Shown here: positions 40,006 to 48,920 of the stretch, one piece after another
Layout of the letters: every line of letters begins with the position of its first letter
How positions within the stretch are numbered: position 1 is the first letter of the stretch
From: Armatimonadota bacterium
GTDB lineage: Bacteria; Armatimonadota; UBA5829
Direction of reading: 5' to 3'
Length of the DNA: 61,117 bases
NCBI GenBank assembly: GCA_012522575.1
Contig: JAAYKE010000025.1
Location: forward strand, 1 to 61,117
Made by a program: the position numbers and the translations under genes
The notes under the pieces: generated by a model
Told to the model about the DNA's origin: nothing
The model's database searches: none
Seen by the model: only the letters and a program-made list of their open reading frames with translations

Positions 40006-40587
40006 TCACTTATTTTCATAGTAAATTCTCGGCGTGTCGGTGGCGTAGGGGTTTCTCCAGCTTTGCGAACTATATTTGCTGCCATAATCGCTGTATGGGT
40101 TCATCAGGTTGTTGCCATGCTTGCTGCCGTACAGACCATAAGGGTTTGATATGCTCTCCGGGTCATATTTGTTAGTCGATAGCTTTCCCAGATACGTGCC
40201 GTCTGCAGCGTAGATTTTCGGGGTATCAAAGGCATATCCATTTGTGGCAGAAGTAGCGCTATACCTGTTGCCAAATGCGCTGTATGGGTTGGTCACAGTA
40301 TTTCCGTAGCGGCTTCCGTATTGGCCATACTTATTGGATATGCTGTCCGGGTCGTATTTGTTTTCGGACAATCTGCCAAGGTAGACATAATCGTTTGCAC
40401 GAACAGGCGAGCGATTTGAGCCTGTAGAGCATCCAATAAACGTTGAGGAAGTCCAGGAACTCGCACGGTAATCGACAGGTTTGGAGATATTGCTGGTTGA
40501 TGAATTAGTCTGCGCCAGACATATAGAAGCGCAAAGAAGAGCCGATATTACAAACGTAGTCACTACTGCAACTCGATACCGTGCCAT
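40006..40587 (-). CDS. Exported Tyr/Asn/Ser-rich protein with two tandem repeats of about 62 aa
   Basis: Signal peptide; two copies of YLG(R/K)LSxNKYDP(D/E)SISNxYGxYGS...NPYS...YAxDTP(K/R)IY; AAGGAG SD. Confidence 0.78.
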   Translation of the reverse strand: MARYRVAVVTTFVISALLCASICLAQTNSSTSNISKPVDYRASSWTSSTFIGCSTGSNRSPVRANDYVYLGRLSENKYDPDSISNKYGQYGSRYGNTVTNPYSAFGNRYSATSATNGYAFDTPKIYAADGTYLGKLSTNKYDPESISNPYGLYGSKHGNNLMNPYSDYGSKYSSQSWRNPYATDTPRIYYENK

Positions 40588-40758
40588 GATTTCTCTCCTT
40601 TCAACTAATGCGGCGTCTACGCATAACAAGTTGCTCGGCAAATATGACAATCTATTTGGAGTATACCCACCCATTGTAATCCAGTCAACATATCAACCGC
40701 GCCGTGCCGATAACTGGTTTTGGTGGGTCTTTGTTTCGCTTTGATATTCAAGTAGAGC

Positions 40759-41280
40759 CTATTGCCGCCAGTCTTGTATCAGCCTTGCCCAATCGCTGCG
40801 CCGGGTGCGTAGCTTTTTCTGAATCTCTTCCAGGGCACTGGCTGCGTCCTGCCTGTTGATGATTTCTTGGTCTACGAGTTCGATTAGAATATGATGTGTG
40901 TCCAGAACTTCTACACCTTGCTCGCAAGCGGTTCGGCGCAAGGCGGCATCCCTTGTCACTAGGGGGATTTTATTGTCTCTTGCATACACAAGGCAGGAAA
41001 GATCCGGCACGGAGGGCCCAATATAGCACTGTGCCAAGCCAGCTATATCTTCTACTTGAGCGGGGGTGAGCGCAACTACTTCAAGGCCCATTTGCTTGAG
41101 CAATGGCAAGTTCGACGTTTTCAGTTCTCTTTCTATAAAGTCGGTCACGACCCAGCGATATTTAAGACGGAATATCAGGCCAAGAATTTGAGCGGCCTCG
41201 AAATCGAAGATGAAAACGGAGTCCAACACGATTTCGTTCAGCGCGTCATTTCCTATGAGCCCATCCTTGCGCTCCACCAA
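40759..41280 (-). CDS. PIN-domain protein (putative RNase toxin)
   Basis: Acidic PIN pattern: VLDSVFIFD, FIERE, SVPDLSCL and LVTRDAALR. Confidence 0.8.
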   Translation of the reverse strand: MVERKDGLIGNDALNEIVLDSVFIFDFEAAQILGLIFRLKYRWVVTDFIERELKTSNLPLLKQMGLEVVALTPAQVEDIAGLAQCYIGPSVPDLSCLVYARDNKIPLVTRDAALRRTACEQGVEVLDTHHILIELVDQEIINRQDAASALEEIQKKLRTRRSDWARLIQDWRQ

Positions 41281-41314
41281 TATTGCGTCCCCTCACACTC
41301 ACTATTAAGCTATA

Positions 41315-42388
41315 CTACTCGGCGACATCAACCTGGTCATCGTCCAATCCATCCAGCAGTTTACGATGCAGTTCTGAGATGGACACGCCTAGCAACTCGG
41401 CTGCGCGAGACTCTGATATTCTGCCATCCGTGTAAGCTCTCGCGACAAGCCGCCTATGTCGTGAAGTACACTCAAGCGGATAAGGGTCCCCGATTTCCTG
41501 CTTAGCCATGCCGCTTGCGTTTAACGACTTACATATGTTGCTAAATGCATTTTCGCTTAGTATTTTAAGGTCTTTAGCTCTGTAAAACCAGGCTTGAACA
41601 CTCAACCCGTATTTGCGTTTAAGCTCGCACAGTTCCATCGTGGTTATTCGAGCGCGATTCTCTCCAAGCTCAGATATTGCTCTGTTGGCAGGCACCAGAA
41701 ACGCACCCGCAAATCGATGGGCAGCTTTCTCCTGCTCCTTTTGCGGCCAGTCGACAGGGAAGTGCAAGACCAGATGCGCCAGTTCGTGCGCGAGGTCAAA
41801 TCTAAAGCGGTCGCCAGGCCGATCGCCATTGACGATAACTACCGGTATTTCCGCATCAGGGTATGTGCATCCATCAAAATTGCTGTAGCCATGCACGCAA
41901 ACAACCAGAATCCCCTTGTCCTCCAACAACTCCACCAAGTTCTCGATTGGGTAATCGGCCAGTTCCCAATGCTTTCTCAATTCCTCCGCACGGTTTTCAG
42001 CGTCAGATATATCGTTAATTGGTTTGACAACGGAATCAGGCAACTCAAGCGGCTTGTGCGCTTCGAGCGAAAAAATAGCTTCAGCCTCCAAATGTCGCTC
42101 GACTTGAAGAGACACATAACTTTGCAGCGCTCGCTTTTCTGTCTTTTTCATCGTTGAGCGCTTTCGATATGCGGGTTCTCCCAACTTGACGCTGATTCGC
42201 TGAAACAAAGCGCTGACTGAAGTATCCAAGGCGTCAGCAAGCGCGATCAACACCGATGAGCCTGGCATGTCCTTGTCGGTCTCATAGTTCGAAATCGCCT
42301 GTGCGGTAACACAGCCCATCTTCTCGGCTAGCGCACGAAGCGATAATCCTCTGGCCATCCTAATTTGCCTAATTCGTCCTCCCAGCAT
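41315..42388 (-). CDS. XRE-family HTH fused to ImmA/IrrE metallopeptidase
   Basis: N-terminal HTH (RIRQIRMARGLSLRALAE..AISNYE) and RFDLAHELAH (HExxH) ...EKAAHRFAGAFLVP. Confidence 0.92.
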   Translation of the reverse strand: MLGGRIRQIRMARGLSLRALAEKMGCVTAQAISNYETDKDMPGSSVLIALADALDTSVSALFQRISVKLGEPAYRKRSTMKKTEKRALQSYVSLQVERHLEAEAIFSLEAHKPLELPDSVVKPINDISDAENRAEELRKHWELADYPIENLVELLEDKGILVVCVHGYSNFDGCTYPDAEIPVVIVNGDRPGDRFRFDLAHELAHLVLHFPVDWPQKEQEKAAHRFAGAFLVPANRAISELGENRARITTMELCELKRKYGLSVQAWFYRAKDLKILSENAFSNICKSLNASGMAKQEIGDPYPLECTSRHRRLVARAYTDGRISESRAAELLGVSISELHRKLLDGLDDDQVDVAE

Positions 42389-42399
42389 ATCACTCCCTC

Positions 42400-42440
42400 C
42401 ACTTTACAAATATATCATGAATATCGGGGATTGTAAAGTG
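42400..42440 (-). promoter_or_regulatory. Promoter of the XRE-ImmA/PIN operon bracketed by a perfect 10-bp inverted repeat (putative operator)
   Basis: CACTTTACAA-N21-TTGTAAAGTG; minus strand TTTACA-N17-TATATT with an extended TG. Confidence 0.7.
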
Positions 42441-42640
42441 TTTCTACACAAGATTTTGCCGTTAAATGCTGGTGGTTTTAGGATCGGTTATATGCCAAAC
42501 CATCCCGTAAAATCAGATTCCCGCGGTCTTATTTGCTTGACGTGATTAAATGCGAGTGGTAGGCTCATTAGGGTATGTTATAAAATGGCATAAGGGCGCG
42601 GTGTTTTTGCTGGGTTCGGAGTCATTGAAAGGGGATAAAT

Positions 42641-44464
42641 ATGAAAGAAGCCTTGTTTGCGCTGATTGCTGTCACGCTTATGGCTGCCACCAGCGCCAAA
42701 GCAACGGAGGAGTTCTTTATCAATCATTGGTGCGGCCCGACAGAGCTTAAAAATGAAAGTTTTGCCGAGGTCGCCGAAGCTAATTTTACTGTCAGTATGA
42801 TCGGCTTGGGCAGCGCTGAAAAAAACCTGAAAGCCCTGGATTTGTGCGCCGCAAACGGCATCAAAGCGATGATTTGCGATCCGCGCACCGGCCCTGGCCC
42901 CACCAGAGATACTCCCACCGAGAGCCTCGACGCGGCGATCGAGGACTACGCCAAGCATCCGGCGCTGTGGGGTTACCATACATTAGATGAGCCGCACTCC
43001 AGAATGTTCACTCGCCTCGGAGGAGTAAATCAGTATCTTCTGGAAAAAGACCCTGCTCACACCCCGTTGGGAAACTTGTTTCCGAGTTACGCCAACTCAA
43101 AAACCCTGGGCAATAGCACCTACGAACAGCACGTTGACGAATATTGCAAGGTGGTCAAGCCGAAAATGCTCAGCTACGACCACTATGCACTTATGGCCGA
43201 CGGAAGCATAAGGGGAGATTATTTCACGAACCTTGATATAGTGCGACGCCAGTCAATCAAGCACAAAATACCGTTTGTATATACGCTGCTATCCGTGCCG
43301 CACGGGCCGTATAAAGATATAAATGAGGCGGATTTGCGCTGGCAGGTGTTTACTGCGCTGGCCTATGGCGCACGCGGACTGACCTATTTCACCTACAACA
43401 CTCCGACAGCGGAATATGGAGACGCGATAATCGGCGCCGATGGCAAGCGCACGGCCAAATATGAGATTACCAAAAAGGTAAATGGAGAGATCAAAAAGCT
43501 CGGACCGACCCTGCTGAAGCTCAATACGAAGGCGGTGTATCATACGGGAACCCTGCCTGCTACCTGCAAGCCGCTGCCCAAAGACGGGCTGATAAAGAGC
43601 GCGCAGGGCGGGGAGTTTGTCATTGGACAGTTTACCTCTGATGACGGGTTCAGATATGCGATCATAGTCAACCGCAGCCTGACAAAACACGCTAAGGCCG
43701 CAATCGCGTTCTCGCAGCAGGTTGACCTCAGGGAAGTCAGCCCGGCCAACGGCAGAGAAAAAGCGATTATGGTCAACAACATCGGAGGGGACTGGGTCTG
43801 GACTACCAGCTTTGGCCCCGGTGACGGCAAGCTCGTCAGAATTGACACCGTGAATAATATGCCGGTGAAAAGTTGGGAGGATAAGATTGTTTTCCGTCCC
43901 AGGATTATGCTCAACCCGTCCAATCAGTTCGCCAACCAGATTTTTGACGAGAACAAAAAAGAGCTTTACAACGAAGGCATGAACATGTATTTGATCGCAG
44001 AGAAGGTGCAGAAAATTCTGCAGGCGGATGGGCGATTGGATGCCTTTATGAGCCGCAACACACAAGCTCAGCGCACTACCCTTCGAGAGGAAACCAATCT
44101 CACACGATCGCTTGGCTGCGATATTCTTTATGCTTTCCACTCCGATGCCACCGGAACAAGCGCGCCGGGCGGAGGTTCGTGGACGTTCTATCACGGCGAG
44201 GACGGCAAGCGGCTGGCTAATCTTGTCCAGGATGCGCTGGCTGCGTCTATAAGGACGTTCTATCCGGAACTGAAAAACATGGGCACGCGCACGCACTGGT
44301 ATCGACTCTGGGTTCTGCATGAGGGCGGATGCCAGGGTGCGCTGACAGAATATCTGTTCCATACGAATCCCAAGGAGCGCGAGCTCCTCAAGAACCCTGA
44401 GTCTCAGGATATAATGGCCGAGGCGGTGGCAGGAGCTATCCTGAAGTACTTCTTTGACGAATGA
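42641..44464 (+). CDS. Exported TIM-barrel glycoside hydrolase-like domain fused to an Amidase_3-like domain
   Basis: HPALWGYHTLDEP, LSYDHY, LRWQVFTALAYGARGLTYF; C-terminal NPSNQ, YNEG, AFHSDA and TEYLFHTN. Confidence 0.78.
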   Translation: MKEALFALIAVTLMAATSAKATEEFFINHWCGPTELKNESFAEVAEANFTVSMIGLGSAEKNLKALDLCAANGIKAMICDPRTGPGPTRDTPTESLDAAIEDYAKHPALWGYHTLDEPHSRMFTRLGGVNQYLLEKDPAHTPLGNLFPSYANSKTLGNSTYEQHVDEYCKVVKPKMLSYDHYALMADGSIRGDYFTNLDIVRRQSIKHKIPFVYTLLSVPHGPYKDINEADLRWQVFTALAYGARGLTYFTYNTPTAEYGDAIIGADGKRTAKYEITKKVNGEIKKLGPTLLKLNTKAVYHTGTLPATCKPLPKDGLIKSAQGGEFVIGQFTSDDGFRYAIIVNRSLTKHAKAAIAFSQQVDLREVSPANGREKAIMVNNIGGDWVWTTSFGPGDGKLVRIDTVNNMPVKSWEDKIVFRPRIMLNPSNQFANQIFDENKKELYNEGMNMYLIAEKVQKILQADGRLDAFMSRNTQAQRTTLREETNLTRSLGCDILYAFHSDATGTSAPGGGSWTFYHGEDGKRLANLVQDALAASIRTFYPELKNMGTRTHWYRLWVLHEGGCQGALTEYLFHTNPKERELLKNPESQDIMAEAVAGAILKYFFDE

Positions 44465-44513
44465 CAATTAGGGCGCGTTGGGATGTGTGCTCGATTGTCA
44501 TGGAGGATGGTAG

Positions 44514-46085
44514 ATGAGAGCGCTGGTCATTGCAATTATTGTTTTGACTGCGGCAGCGGTCGGGGCATCTGCGGCTGATTTATCTGACGCCGCAGGCGTG
44601 GTGCGATTGTTCGGGGATACGTCGAGTTGGACAAGCTCGTGTTTTGTGGTCGGCGATGGAAGTTGGGTGATCACAACGAGTGACTCCATCAGTGAGGTGA
44701 TCGGCCCGGAGACCATTCAAACCATTCGCTACCCGCTGTTCATCAGCGCGTTCACAGGCCGTGCCTATGAATGCGAGCTTAAAGCCATCAACAAGGAGCT
44801 TAACGTCGCGATTTTGAAGCTGCCGGTGACCGGTCTGCCGGCAGCTCCGCTTGCCAAAGGTACCGATTTTTCTAAAGCCGTATCCGGCACACTGGGACAA
44901 CTCTCCAGCGGTGAGGTTGTCGGCGGGCCGTGGGCGACCAAAATATTCGGGATCACACTGGATAAATCTCGCAAGCAGCCTAAGCTCGGCATCGAACAGT
45001 GGAGCGCGAAAAAGGCGTTCGTTACGGAGATTGGCAGATACAAATGGTTGTTTGTCAACGGCGTCAGCCCTGCTCTTCCCGTGCCCAACGGCTCTATGGT
45101 TGCCTACAACGACATAGTTGCGGGGATGTATATCAGCAAGCTGGTGGTCACCGGGGGCAGCGAGGATATTATCTATGGTCGATGCGCGATGGCTCCGGAG
45201 ATCGCGAGGTATTGCGGTGATTCGGGAATAGACTCGTCCACTCTTTATGAACCTCCCAAACCGACCGCAGCAAAGTTCGCCCAGGCCGGCGACGCTTTCC
45301 AGCTTCAGGCTCAAATTTATACCGCTATAGGAGCGCAAAGACCCGCCCTGGCGTTAAATGCCGCGACTGCCTTAGTAGCACTCCTGCCGAAGGACGCAAA
45401 GGCGCAGATAAGCCTTGCAGTGGCACAGTTGGGCGCGGATAAAGCTGAGGAAGCGTTAAAGACGTTTGATAAGGCGCGTGAACTGGACCCTGATTTGCCC
45501 AATCTGCGCTGTAATCGAGCACAGGCTCTGGCGGCATTGAAGAAAACCGAAGAGGCCGAAAAGGAACTGCTGGAGGCTGAAAAAGGATCCCCGCAAGACC
45601 CGAGACCTGTAGTTGCGCTTGCCAGTTTCTATCTTGGGGATGAAAAAACGCTGGATAAAGCTCTTAGTTACGCAAAAAAAGCTACTATTCTGACCCCGAA
45701 CAGCGCGGCGGCTGAGCTTTTGATCGGCAAAGTGGAGAAGAGTCGGAAGAATTATGCCGCCTCCATCAAGGCCATTGGGGAAGCTGTAAAGATGGCTCCG
45801 GAGTGGGGAGAGGCGTGGTATGCCCTTGGAGCCACCTACGAAGAAGCCGGCGACAAGGCAAATGCAGAGAAAGCATACCGCAAGCTGGCGGAAAAACAGC
45901 CCAAGAACCCTGATCCGCTGATTACGCTGGCCTCGTTTTTGATTGATATCGAAAAAAAGACCGAAGCCGCCGAAGTTCTCACCAAAATCCGCGCACTCAA
46001 CCCGCCTAAAGAAGTCCTCGAAGCCGTGCAAAAGCTGCAGGATAAGATCGACGGCAAAGCCGAAGAAGAGCAGGATTCCAAATAA
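44514..46085 (+). CDS. Exported trypsin-like (degenerate) domain + TPR repeats
   Basis: SSCFVVGDGSWVITT and NVAILKL resemble trypsin_2 motifs; C-half has tandem TPR helices. Confidence 0.75.
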   Translation: MRALVIAIIVLTAAAVGASAADLSDAAGVVRLFGDTSSWTSSCFVVGDGSWVITTSDSISEVIGPETIQTIRYPLFISAFTGRAYECELKAINKELNVAILKLPVTGLPAAPLAKGTDFSKAVSGTLGQLSSGEVVGGPWATKIFGITLDKSRKQPKLGIEQWSAKKAFVTEIGRYKWLFVNGVSPALPVPNGSMVAYNDIVAGMYISKLVVTGGSEDIIYGRCAMAPEIARYCGDSGIDSSTLYEPPKPTAAKFAQAGDAFQLQAQIYTAIGAQRPALALNAATALVALLPKDAKAQISLAVAQLGADKAEEALKTFDKARELDPDLPNLRCNRAQALAALKKTEEAEKELLEAEKGSPQDPRPVVALASFYLGDEKTLDKALSYAKKATILTPNSAAAELLIGKVEKSRKNYAASIKAIGEAVKMAPEWGEAWYALGATYEEAGDKANAEKAYRKLAEKQPKNPDPLITLASFLIDIEKKTEAAEVLTKIRALNPPKEVLEAVQKLQDKIDGKAEEEQDSK

Positions 46086-46174
46086 ATATCCCGCGCTTTA
46101 TGCGAATCGATTCAGATATTATCTCTCAAAAAGGGACATAATCGCTCTGCATATACATTACGCATCGGCGCGTC

Positions 46175-46251
46175 TTGACCTTTCCTTTTGTGTCATCTAA
46201 ACTAAGTTGAAGCATGCCTGGCTGGTTTGCGCATAGTATGGCGTTGGGTAA
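46175..46251 (+). promoter_or_regulatory. Tandem sigma70 and SigB/SigF-like promoters of the ATP-grasp/aminomutase operon
   Basis: TTGACC-N17-TAAACT (46175-46203) and GGTTT-N17-GGGTAA (46224-46251). Confidence 0.55.
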
Positions 46252-46278
46252 ATACACGGCAGAGCTTATTGAACAGGA

Positions 46279-47697
46279 ATGAATGTGGCACAAGGCGGGT
46301 TAGATAATACTGTCGGTGGCGCGGCTGATATTGTGTTTGGCCGGATCGAATCGGCGGGGCTTTGGAACATACCCGGCGAGCAGGCAGGTCAGCGTCAGCG
46401 ACCGCACCTGATATCGACGGAACCTTTTCCCCTGTCATCTTCGCAACTGGATCAACTGCAACGCCTCGGCGATGCGCTGCTGGGCTTTTATTCTGCCGTA
46501 AATGATTTATACATTCGAGGCGGAATCGACTGGTTCAACGAATATCTCAACATCGGCAAGGGCGAAGAACTGATCAGACACGCGCTGATGAAAAACCAAA
46601 GGCGCGCACTGCCGGGGATCATACGCCCTGATGTGTTGATTACAGACGAGGGATTCCGTATAACCGAGCTTGACAGCGTCCCCGGAGGGTTCGGCCATCT
46701 CGATTGCCTTTCTGCGGCCTATTCGGAGGGCGGATTTGATGTTATCGGGGGCGGCAGAGGGATTCGAGACGGATTTGTAGGCTTGATACGAGACATTTCG
46801 TCGGATTCTAACCCGGTGGTGGCGATTGTCGTATCGGATGAATCGAAGGATTATATGCATGAGATGACCTATCTTGCGGGCGAACTGCGCGATATCGGGT
46901 TGCGGGCATTTGCGGTCAAGCCGGCGGAGATAGCATTCACCGAGCAGGGACTCTATATCGAAACTCCGGATGGCAGGCTAAAAATTGATGTCGCATACCG
47001 ATTCTTCGAACTCTTTGATCTGCTCAACATCCCGAAAGCCGAATTGATTTCGTATGCCGCCCGCAAGCGACTCGTGACCGTGACTCCGCCCTACAAGCCG
47101 TTTTTAGAGGAAAAGATGCTGCTGGCGTTGTTCAGGCATCCGGCCCTGGAGCAGCATTGGCGAAAGGCCCTTGGCGAGCGCTATGATCTGCTCGATGAGA
47201 CCCTGACGAATACTTATATTATGGATAATCGCCCTGTGCCTCCAAGTGCGCAGATATGCGGGTTTCGATGGAGAAATGAACCGATTCGCGACTGGAAAGC
47301 TATTAAAGATGGCAGCCAGAAGCAGCGGCGGCTGGTGATCAAACCCAGCGGCTTTTCTCCTATGGCCTGGGGAAGCAGGGGTGTTAAAATAGGACATGAT
47401 ATGTCCGGGGAGAATTGGGCGCAAGCGGTCGATGAGGCGCTCGAAAGTTTTGATTTTTCTCCCTGGGTGCTGCAATATTATCGTGATACGTCTATTATCG
47501 GGGTAAAGTATTGTAATAAACCTGGCGGAGAGGTTTTAGAAATGCGGGCTAGAGTGCGGCTGTGCCCATATTATTTCGTCGCTGATGGCCGGGCAAATCT
47601 CGGCGGAGTACTGGCCACAGCCTGCCCGCAGGATAAAAAACTGATCCACGGCATGGCAGACGCGGTTCTGGCTCCGTGCCGACTAGAGGAGGATTGA
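46279..47697 (+). CDS. Circularly permuted ATP-grasp (glutathionylspermidine synthetase-like) amide ligase; start may be GTG 46285
   Basis: IRPD..TDEGFRITELDSVPGG (R-x-D...E-x-D/N metal motif), VAYRFFE, EEKMLLA, VIKPSG..WGSRGV, WVLQ and RVRLCPY. Confidence 0.75.
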   Translation: MNVAQGGLDNTVGGAADIVFGRIESAGLWNIPGEQAGQRQRPHLISTEPFPLSSSQLDQLQRLGDALLGFYSAVNDLYIRGGIDWFNEYLNIGKGEELIRHALMKNQRRALPGIIRPDVLITDEGFRITELDSVPGGFGHLDCLSAAYSEGGFDVIGGGRGIRDGFVGLIRDISSDSNPVVAIVVSDESKDYMHEMTYLAGELRDIGLRAFAVKPAEIAFTEQGLYIETPDGRLKIDVAYRFFELFDLLNIPKAELISYAARKRLVTVTPPYKPFLEEKMLLALFRHPALEQHWRKALGERYDLLDETLTNTYIMDNRPVPPSAQICGFRWRNEPIRDWKAIKDGSQKQRRLVIKPSGFSPMAWGSRGVKIGHDMSGENWAQAVDEALESFDFSPWVLQYYRDTSIIGVKYCNKPGGEVLEMRARVRLCPYYFVADGRANLGGVLATACPQDKKLIHGMADAVLAPCRLEED

Positions 47698-47732
47698 ACC
47701 GCTGCAGGGCCGGCAGAGGTTCAGTTATTATT

Positions 47733-48659
47733 ATGCAACAAAAGACATCCGAACATATAGAAAGCCTGATGGTCTGCGAAAAAGCGATACGGAGGCAGTT
47801 TGAGATCAGCAACAAGGAGTTCGCTGAGGGTTCGCAGGGGGACTTCGACCCGCTACTCGAAGAACAGCACGAAGTGGTTCCGGGGATGATCAATAAATAT
47901 GGCAACAGGGCGCTGTGCCTGTTGACCGCTGAGTGCGCGTCATATTGCCGTTTCTGCACGAGGCGCAGGCTGGTTTCGGATATCGAACGCGGACGGATGG
48001 ACAGCGACGATGTCGATGTCTGGGTTCAATATCTTCGCGATCACCCGGAAATAAGGGAAGTTATTTTCTCCGGAGGGGACCCGTTCGTGGCCGGAGATGA
48101 GCTTTTTGAGTATGCCCTGACCGAAGTATCCGCTCTAAGTTCGGTGAAGGTGATTCGCATAGGAACGCGCGCCCCTGTCGCCGACCCGGTGCTTATCAAT
48201 GACCGCAAGCTGGAGGCGATCAGCCAGGTAAGCCAGCCGGTCTATATCGGCATTCATTTTGAACACCCCTCGGAGATCACTCGACCCACAAAACGAGCGG
48301 TCAAGAGGCTGATCGGCGCAGGAGCTATTTTATTCTCGCAGACGGTCTTTCTTAAAGACGTCAACGATAACTTCCATACGCTGCGCGATCTGTTCAACGG
48401 ACTGGTGGAAATCGGAGTGCGGCCATATTATATATACCGCTGCGACCCTATTCCGGGAGCGACGCATTTCAGGGTAGAACTGGAAAAGGAACGCCGAATA
48501 ATGACGCAGTTGAGGCGCAATCTGTCCGGCCTTGCCTGCCCGACTTATGTCATCGATGTGCCCAACGGCAGCGGCAAAATCCCTGTCCCGCTGGAGTTCT
48601 GGGATACGGATACCTCGTCTTACACTGATTTTGAAGGCCAGAAACACGAAACTCAGTAG
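47733..48659 (+). CDS. KamA-family radical SAM/PLP aminomutase, probably lysine 2,3-aminomutase
   Basis: CASYCRFCTRRR, SGGDP, IRIGTR, HFEHPSEI, QTVFLKDVND, PYYIYRCD and PTYVIDVPNGSGKIP (PLP Lys). Confidence 0.92.
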   Translation: MQQKTSEHIESLMVCEKAIRRQFEISNKEFAEGSQGDFDPLLEEQHEVVPGMINKYGNRALCLLTAECASYCRFCTRRRLVSDIERGRMDSDDVDVWVQYLRDHPEIREVIFSGGDPFVAGDELFEYALTEVSALSSVKVIRIGTRAPVADPVLINDRKLEAISQVSQPVYIGIHFEHPSEITRPTKRAVKRLIGAGAILFSQTVFLKDVNDNFHTLRDLFNGLVEIGVRPYYIYRCDPIPGATHFRVELEKERRIMTQLRRNLSGLACPTYVIDVPNGSGKIPVPLEFWDTDTSSYTDFEGQKHETQ

Positions 48660-48683
48660 GCAATAATCGTCGAAGGAGACAAT

Positions 48684-48920
48684 ATGCTCAAATTATACCA
48701 AACGGAATGGTGTCCATTCTGCGCCAGGGTCAGATCGAAAATGACCGAGCTGTGCATAACATATATCAATGCCAATGTTCCTCGCTCAAAATCGGATCGC
48801 ACTGAACTGCTGGAGGTCTCCGGCCAAACAGGGGTCCCGACGCTGGTTACCGAGGACGGCAGGATAATCGCCGATGACGACGATGCGATCATAGCGTATC
48901 TTGAACAGAACTTCGCCTAA
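48684..48920 (+). CDS. Glutaredoxin-like protein
   Basis: WCPFC active site and SGQTGVPTLV cis-Pro motif; AAGGAG SD. Confidence 0.9.
   Translation: MLKLYQTEWCPFCARVRSKMTELCITYINANVPRSKSDRTELLEVSGQTGVPTLVTEDGRIIADDDDAIIAYLEQNFA

Noticed and set aside
38794-42640. Intact prophage or ICE at tRNA-Gln
   Set aside because: No integrase, structural or conjugation genes, and no duplicated tRNA 3' end seen.
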